The notes beneath the pieces are model-generated. The model saw only the letters and a list, made by a program, of their open reading frames with translations. It did not search any database and had not been told where the DNA came from. From NCBI GenBank assembly GCA_951406725.2, contig OX597839.1, forward strand, positions 39,494,001 to 39,558,000: DNA of 64,000 nt, read 5' to 3'. Origin of the DNA: Octopus vulgaris (Eukaryota). The position numbers and the translations under genes are program-made. Of the stretch, positions 56,240 through 64,000 are shown piece by piece; position 1 is the stretch's first letter, and each line of letters opens with the position of its first letter.

Positions 56240-56532
56240 TATATTCTTTTATATATATATATATTCTTAAAATTTGGTTGAAATTGATGGGTGAACATTT
56301 TGGCCCAATCAGATGTGCATGGAGCCCTGTAAGCATTGATATGTGGGTTCGATTTTGGCTAGGGTTAGCTCATCATTTTTCAGTCATTTATTCATATTTA
56401 AAAAAACGTTGCTTTGAATTGGAAAATATGTATTATTAAGATATATTATTACAATATTATTATACTGAGTATTCTGTAGTAGCTTTCTCTCTGTGACATA
56501 CAAAGCCTTTCTCATCTGTTTACAAAATAACA

Positions 56533-56564
<32 letters not shown>

Positions 56565-56614
56565 AATATATGTATATATATGTATGTATATATATGTATA
56601 TATATGTATGTATA

Positions 56615-56654
<40 letters not shown>

Positions 56655-56876
56655 CATAAACATATGTATATGCAAAAATACATATGAGCATATATACACA
56701 CATATACATGCTCACACATATATGCAGCCATATACACCTGAATGTACACACATTTATATACAGACACACAACTCACTCACACACACACACACATACACAC
56801 ACATACACACACACACAAGCATAAATTTATATATGGTTATGATACAGTTATGTAAATGAGATAGTTATGGGCTTAC

Positions 56877-56942
56877 CTCTGCAGCAGTGGACAGCAGGGG
56901 ATTGAGTACTTTTAAAGTGTCCCCTAGGTGAATCGTGTCTCC
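56877..56942 (-). CDS. Candidate 66-nt internal exon of an unidentified gene (phase 0: GDTIHLGDTLKVLNPLLSTAAE)
   Basis: Long (TC)-rich polypyrimidine tract plus AACAG acceptor, GAG|GTAAGC donor, length divisible by 3, unique sequence; phase 2 is also open. Confidence 0.5.
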
Positions 56943-57082
56943 CTGTTGGACAGTGAGGTGAGAGAGAAGTAGAGTGTGAGAGTGTGATAGAGAGAGAGAG
57001 TGAGGGAGAGAGTGAGAGAGATTAAGAGAGAGAGAGAGTATGCAAATTCATTAACTAAACTCATTTTCCTAAGAATCTTATA

Positions 57083-57115
<33 letters not shown>

Positions 57116-57374
57116 AAATTTTTGTTTGTAGTTTGTAGATGCAGGAGTATGGAGGCTTATGGACATATGGAAGGAGAAGGAAAAGAATTATGGGGTGTAG
57201 AGTTGGTGGTGGTGGTGGTGGCAGTGGCAATGGTAACAGTGGTAAAAGGAACCATGTTTGTGGTGTTGGTACTGTTGTTGTTGTTTTTGGTGGTGGTCAG
57301 GGTGGTAGTAGTGATGGGGAGAAGTAGTATCTGGTGATAATGGTTGTGATGAACATAATGATGATGACGACGAC

Positions 57375-57444
<70 letters not shown>

Positions 57445-57548
57445 GTAATGATGATGGCGATGGTAATGATAATTGCCATTGTGATTGTTCAGAAATGTAG
57501 CCCTGAAAGACCTCTGAATCCTTTGTTTTAGGTCAGCATTTCCAAACA

Positions 57549-58265
57549 ACTTGACATGCTCACAGATCTAATGTTTGACGGTTTGGACCTGTTGCATTGC
57601 CATTTAGATCTTTACTCTTTTGTCTGCTTCTGTACGTCTGGTACTATTGAGCAGCTCCAGATCTGCTGATATGGAATAAAATCTCTGTAGTCCATAATTT
57701 ATGAAACCACTTGACGTGATCACAGATGCAATGTTTGACGATTTGGACGTGTTGCATTGCCACTTAGATCTTTACTCTCCTGTCTATTTCTGTATGCCTG
57801 GTACTATTGAGCAGCTCCAAATTTACTCCAAATTTACTGATATGGAATAAAATCTCTGTAGTCCATAATTTATGAAACCACTTGACGTGATCACAGATCT
57901 ATTGTTTGACGGTTTGGACATGTACTGTCTCTCTCTCCCCACTGTCTTGTCTGTTTATATATGTCTACTATTACTGTGCAGCCCCAGATCAGTTAAGGCA
58001 GAAGGAACTTTTAATCTATAAAATGTCAAACAACTTGACATGATCACAGATCTGCTGTTTGGCGGTTTGGACATACACTGTCTCTTTGTCTTCACTACTC
58101 TATTTCTGTATAGCTACTATAGTGTGTTGCATAGCTCCACATAGAAGATATCACAGGTCCATAAATTGACAATTAAACAACTGCACAGTCATGATTGACA
58201 GGCATAATATTTGACGGTTTGGACATGTATTATCCTTCTTTCCACTGTCCTATCTGGTTCTATAG
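57549..58265. repeat. Diverged tandem repeat, ~155-170-bp unit, 4-5 copies
   Basis: ACTTGAC(A/G)TG(A/C)TCACAGAT…GTTTGACGGTTTGGAC at ~57549, 57709, 57880, 58033 and ~58190. Confidence 0.85.
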
Positions 58266-58893
58266 GTTCTGATGTTAACTTCAGCAATGTATCGCTGTTG
58301 TTGTTGTTGTTGATAATGATGATGGTGATGACACTGATGATTGTAATGATGATGGTGGTGGTGGTTGTCATGGTAGTGTTAAAGGTAAGGATGATGGCAG
58401 TGATGATAGTGAGGGGCGTGTGGTTGCCATAGCAATGAAAGATAAAATACTAAAAAAATTGTGAGAAAACAAGATATGATTTAAGAGATATTCAGCTGCT
58501 ATTTCTAGCACTTAAATTGCCACAAATTTGAGCAAATGTATGTACCCTGGCTATTCACACACAGGCATCAAACAATCTGCCTTTCATTCTGAGGGAAAAG
58601 CCCTTAGTTACCAGCAGAGGAAAAAAGCTCTCTGAACTTTGCCCAGCCTATTTTTATTCTAACAGCACTTATTCTAGCTGGATGCTCTTGGAGCATCCTG
58701 TTCCACTGCTGACTTAGTCACCTAGATAGAAAAAAACTATCAACTACTTCTAGGTACCCTGACTGGCAGTTGATGGACTCTATTTTCTGTCAACAGGGAT
58801 CTTAGTCCACACAGTATCAAGGTATAGTATAACAAATATGTAACATATGGTATATATATACATATATATATATACATACAATCATATATCTAT

Positions 58894-58949
<56 letters not shown>

Positions 58950-59294
58950 CACTCTCATATACACATTCTCAAACATCTGTGTACATACATATACATATAT
59001 ACATACTGCACATACACAGATGCATATAAGTAGACTCATACACACATATACATACAAATGTTTATATGCATGCACAAATGCACAGATGCACACATACATA
59101 TACACATTCCTATACATGTGTACGGCTACATATATGCACACTTACGTATACGTACATGTGTAAACATACAAATGCATATATACATATGAACTACGAACAA
59201 TAAACAACAGAAATAAATATACTGAATGTTAAATATGATAAAAAAAAAAAAATCAATTCTGAGGAGCATTAGTAGCAAGCAACAATAATAATGA

Positions 59295-59375
<81 letters not shown>

Positions 59376-59401
59376 CACCACCACGACCACCACCATCACC
59401 A

Positions 59402-59432
<31 letters not shown>

Positions 59433-59701
59433 CACTACTACTAACGATAACAATAGCAACAACAACAACAACAACAACAATAATAATAATAATAATAATA
59501 ATTGTCTGCCTTTTCTCACTACTTTAAGCTACTGACTCAAAAGGAAGCAACCTTCAGCAGTTTTGAACAGGACAATCATCGTATATAGTAATTGCCCTAA
59601 CAAGGGGTAACCCATTAGCTGCTCATTTGAAGTTTACATTGTCACCAAAGGATCCCATGTTAACTCACAGGAGATTCAATATATATACATATGTATATAT
59701 A

Positions 59702-59959
59702 TTGTGTCTGGGGAGAGTCATTCTGTTTGAATGCCTTATTAATTAACACACTCACTGGTTCAATTTCCACTCAATATTTTCCTTTCCTAAAATTTCTGTT
59801 CCTTCTCACAACCGCTTCAATAATTGTGGACTCCGTCCGTTGAGGTTGCAAGAAGCAGTGAAAATTTTAGGAAAGAAAAATATTAAACGAGTGGAAATTG
59901 AATTGGTGAATATCTAAATTAATAAGGCATTCAAACAGAATGAACCACCCCAGACACAA
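59702..59959. mobile_element. Fold-back/MITE-like element with long imperfect inverted arms
   Basis: TTGTGTCTGGGG…CATTCTGTTTGAATGCCTTATTAATT / AATTAATAAGGCATTCAAACAGAATG…CCCCAGACACAA. Confidence 0.85.
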
Positions 59960-60020
59960 CAAAATATGCTTCAACACATGAATTTAAATTAAGATTCTTG
60001 CAAAACCAAGTGCAAAAACG

Positions 60021-60106
<86 letters not shown>

Positions 60107-60108
<2 letters not shown>

Positions 60109-60313
60109 CGGAAATATTTACGAAAATAAACAGAAGACGAAGGCAGGTGGAGTACAAACAAACAAATGTATTAGTATGGCGCTCAGGAATAGAAATAGAA
60201 AAAGTCTTTTACATTTCGAGCCTACGCTCTTCGACAGATAGATACAGAAAAAAAAAAACAAGGAGAGAAATAAGGAGAGAAAAAAAATGCATGTAGGAGC
60301 TAACGATCTATCA
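60107..60313 (-). mobile_element. Second copy of the (TA)n-associated hammerhead-bearing repeat
   Basis: Near-identical to 1290-1483; motif at 60205-60242 reads CUGUCGA-A-GAGC(GUAG)GCUC-GAAAUGUA-AAAGA. Confidence 0.75.
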
Positions 60314-60370
60314 TGGCATCATATATTTATATATATAAATATAGATAGATAGATATATAATATGACTACT

Positions 60371-60690
60371 TCCATGCTGGAGCACAGTCATTGGTCGAAC
60401 AAATCAGCTACAGGGTTTATTCTTTGTAAGCCTAGTAATAATTCTATCAGTGTCTTTTGCCGAACCACTAAATTATGAGAATGTAAACAGAGCAACATCG
60501 GTTGTCAAGCAATGGTGGAAGTACAAACACACACACACACACACACACAAATATGCACACATATATACGACAGTCTTCTTTCAGTTTCCATCCATTCATA
60601 AGGATTTGGTCAGTCCCAGGTTATACAAGAAGACACTTGCTCAAAGTGCCACGCAAGGAGACCCATCTCAGAACTATGAGGTTGGTTAGG
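60371..60690 (-). mobile_element. SINE family A, old diverged copy
   Basis: Recognisable body motifs. Confidence 0.7.
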
Positions 60691-60722
60691 AAATACATAA
60701 GCAAAGTTAAATACATAAGCAA

Positions 60723-60918
60723 AGAAAAAAAAATGGGAAACAGGAAAAGAAGGAACCGTTCATCAGTGGTCAGCAATCTATCTATTCCTCACTTCGGGCA
60801 TTCAACAACAAAATTCTGATATATGTCGTTGAATGCTCAAAATGAAGAGTAGATAGACAGCCGAAAATTTATGAAGGGTCCTTTCTCTGTGTTTACTTGT
60901 TCTGTTTTCCATTTTTTC
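60723..60918. mobile_element. Diverged fold-back element
   Basis: CTATCTATTCCTCACTTCGGGCATTCAAC / GTTGAATGCTCAAAATGAAGAGTAGATAG, with outer arms also pairing. Confidence 0.6.
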
Positions 60919-61120
60919 TCGCTGTTTACATATTTACATATTTAACTTGTTTGTTTACAAATTCCATGTTATTTGCACCCTTGGTGATGTCCTGTACCCA
61001 TATATGCCTCCCTCTCTCTCTCTCCTTATATATATATATAGTATATTATTTATTATCTATTACTTAATTGAACGTGACACATCCATTTGAAGTAAGTATA
61101 TATATATATATATATATCTA

Positions 61121-61590
61121 TCATCATCATCATCATCATCATTTAACGTCCGTTTTCTATGCTAGCATGGGTTGGACTGTTTGACCGGGGTCTGGTAAGC
61201 CATGGAGGCTGCACCAGGCTCTAGTCTGATTTGGCAGTGTTTCTACAGCTGGATGCCCTTCCTAACGCCAACCGCTCTGAGTGTTGTGGGTGTTTTTTTA
61301 CGTGCCACCGGCACAGGGGCCAGAGCAGGCTGGCAAACGGCCACGATCGGTTGGTGCTTTTACATGTCACCAACGTGACACTAGTCGGGCGGTGCTAGTA
61401 TCTGCCTCGTTTGGACGGTGCTTTTTACCTGTCACCGGTACGGGTGTCTTAACTACAATTTCCATTTGAATTTTTATTTTGATGCTGACGTATTTGACTC
61501 AACAGGTATCCTCAAGAACAGTGGATCACTCTACGATCCAAGGTTAGCTCAGCAGGCTGTCCTGCGAGCCATGAACTCACTTCATTTGTC
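61121..61590 (-). mobile_element. Retroposon 3' region (family E) with (GAT)n tail
   Basis: GGAAGGGCATCCAGCTGTAGAAAC…CAACCCATGCTAGCAT…AACGGACGTTAAA(TGA)n on minus; related copy at 62545-62893. Confidence 0.75.
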
Positions 61591-62133
61591 GGATATATAT
61601 ATATATATATATAGAGACACATAGACACACACTCACATACATACTTGGTGAAAAATATAGACATACATATATATACATACATACATGGAGAAAAATAGGA
61701 AAAGCAAAATTACAAAAAAGTAAATGAAAAAAAAGATAAAAAAGAAGCAAATACAACAAAGAAAGTGAGAAATAAAAAGAAGAAAATCAAGAAGAAAATC
61801 AAGGAGAGAAAGAGAGAGCGAGAGAGAGAGAGAGCAAGAGAGAGAGAGAGAGGGAGAGAGGGGGGGAAGACAAATAGAGAAGGAAAGACTTGTTGCGCAA
61901 CTGGTATGCAACAGACTTGTGAAAATATTGTAATATTTTCTTGTTTTACTGTTCGCCACACATATGAATGTCTGCAAAGGTGTGTGTATGTGTGTGTGCG
62001 TCTATGTGGTATATGTATGTATGTATGCGTGTGTATGTATCTTTCTATATCTATCTATTTATCTATCTATCTATATATATATATATATATATACATTTTT
62101 CTCTCTCATTTCTCACTCTCTCTCTCTCTGTAT

Positions 62134-62165
<32 letters not shown>

Positions 62166-62365
62166 GTATGTATGCATGTAATAAAATTAATCAAAGGACA
62201 TACTAAGTATGTCTACCTGCTGGAAATAACAGTCAAGTTATTATCATTTATTATAATTTATCAATTATTATAATTGTTACACTAGATAATAACAGAGTCA
62301 GTAATATCTTCGCAACAAATATTAATTCTCCTGAATTATTTGCTTCATATTGAAATTATATCTAG

Positions 62366-63107
62366 CAGGAGTGGCTGTGTGGTAAGTAGCTTGCTAACCA
62401 ACCACATGGTTCTGGGTTCAGTCCCACTGCGTGGCATCTTGGGCAAGTGTCTTCTACTATAGCCTCAGGCCGACCAAAGCCTTGTGAGTGGATTTGGTAG
62501 ACGGAAACTGAAAGAAGCCTGTCATATATATGTTTATATAATCGAATTGAACCAGCCAGGATCCCTGGTCTGGTGGTACGTAAAAAGCACTATCTGACTC
62601 GTGGCCGATGCCAGCACCGCGTCGACTGGCTTCCGTGCCGGTGGCACATAAAATACACCAATCCGACCGTCGCTGTTGCCAGCCTCGCCTGGCACCTGTG
62701 CAGGTGGCACGTAAAAAGCACCCACTACACTCACGGAGTGGTTGGGGTTAGGAAGGGCATCCAGCTGTAGAAACATTGCCAGATAAGACTGGAGCCTGGT
62801 GCAGACTTCTGGCTTCCCAGATCCCCGGTCGAACCGTCCAACCCATGCTAGCATGGAGAACGGACGTTAAACGATGATGATGATGATGATGATGTGTGTG
62901 TGTGTTTGTCCCCCTAGCATTGCTTGACAACCGATGCTGGTATGTTTACGTCCCCGTCACTTAGCGGTTCGGCAAAAGAGCCCAATAGAATAAGTACTGG
63001 GCTTATAAAGAATAAGTCTCGGGGTCTATTTGCTCGACTAAAGGCGGTGCTCCGGCATGGCCACAGTCAAATGACTGAAACAAGTAAAAGAGTAAAGAGT
63101 AAAGAGT
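62366..63107 (+). mobile_element. SINE family A split by a nested family E insertion
   Basis: 5' half 62366-62530 and 3' half 62894-63107. Confidence 0.88.
62545..62893 (+). mobile_element. Retroposon family E inserted in the central microsatellite of SINE A
   Basis: Same terminal motifs as 61121-61590 with (GAT)n tail. Confidence 0.8.
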
Positions 63108-63451
63108 ATCAATCTCTGTCTGTCTGTCCGCCTTCTGCCTACCTACCTACCTACCTACCTATCTATCTCTCTCTCTCACTCTCTTTATCTACATATGCCT
63201 GTATATACCTTTATGCACACATATCTATATACATGCATGTTTCTTTTATTATATATATATTCCCATAAGAGACAATAAATAAGATTACCAGAACAGAAAG
63301 GTAACAGACAGCCATCGGAAAGCCATGAGAAACACAAGGGGAAAATTCCCTAACCTATTTCTCTTTCCTAAAACACACACACAAACACACACACAAACAC
63401 ACACAAACACACACACACAAACACACACACACACACAAACAAACACACACA

Positions 63452-63529
<78 letters not shown>

Positions 63530-63542
63530 CACACAAACACAA

Positions 63543-63639
<97 letters not shown>

Positions 63640-63929
63640 TATATACATATTTACCTGTCTCTTTCTACATGCCCCTTTGTGGACAGTGTGTGTGTGTGTG
63701 TGTGTCCGTGTGTCCTTTGAAGTTTGTTTCTCCAGGTGCCATACTTCCTGGTGAAATCATTGTTCTTGTGATAAGGACAGAAATATGTGTATGACTGGGT
63801 GTATAGCTATGCTAATGGTAGTGAGGATGGGTGGAGGTACAGCATGCAGTGTCACCATTCAGGTAGCTAGGTATGTACTGTATACACACACACACACACA
63901 AACATGCACGCATGTGCACACACATAAGT

Positions 63930-64000
63930 GTAGGTGGAGGAATGGGTGTGTGGTTAAGGCACTTGCTTTGCGACACTGTGGCTTCAGGTTCAGTCCCACT
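63930..64000 (+). mobile_element. SINE family A head, cut by the window end
   Basis: GTGTGGTTAAG…GGTTCAGTCCCACT. Confidence 0.6.

Noticed and set aside
58797-58821. Plus-strand 25-nt exon-like segment
   Set aside because: Weak donor (GTATAG), frame-shifting length, opposite strand to the better candidate nearby.
59835-59875. Hammerhead-like CCGUUGA…GAAAAUUUU in the fold-back element; lone CUGANGA at ~17975, ~30409, ~39058, ~60760
   Set aside because: Core too deviant, or GAAA and stems I/III are missing.

Overview
Eukaryotic, repeat-saturated non-coding DNA. The tRNA-derived SINE families and the very high density of (CA)n/(TA)n/(GATA)n/trinucleotide microsatellites point to an Octopus (cephalopod) genome; this is inferred from repeat content. 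No complete protein-coding gene is present, and nearly all entries in the ORF track are microsatellite or SINE artefacts. Recognisable content: three abundant tRNA-headed SINE families (some as head-to-tail multimers), a decayed DD37D Tc1/mariner transposase, a CR1/L2-type LINE 3' end with a nested TSD-flanked insertion, several MITE/fold-back elements, minisatellites and local tandem duplications. The main unexpected signal is nine minimal type I hammerhead-ribozyme-like motifs (CUGANGA-stem II-GAAA-short, mostly palindromic stem III-UH, closed by stem I), several of them degenerate. They lie mostly in short non-coding repeats of several families, including a head-to-head pair with a Pol III (tRNA-type A/B box) head, which suggests a Penelope-dependent retrozyme/SINE hybrid system. 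Splicing signals suggest a minus-strand host gene in the right third (a 66-nt candidate exon and an AG|GTAAGT recursive-splice site), coinciding with stronger CpG decay of repeats there. All folds and alignments were read by eye, not computed.
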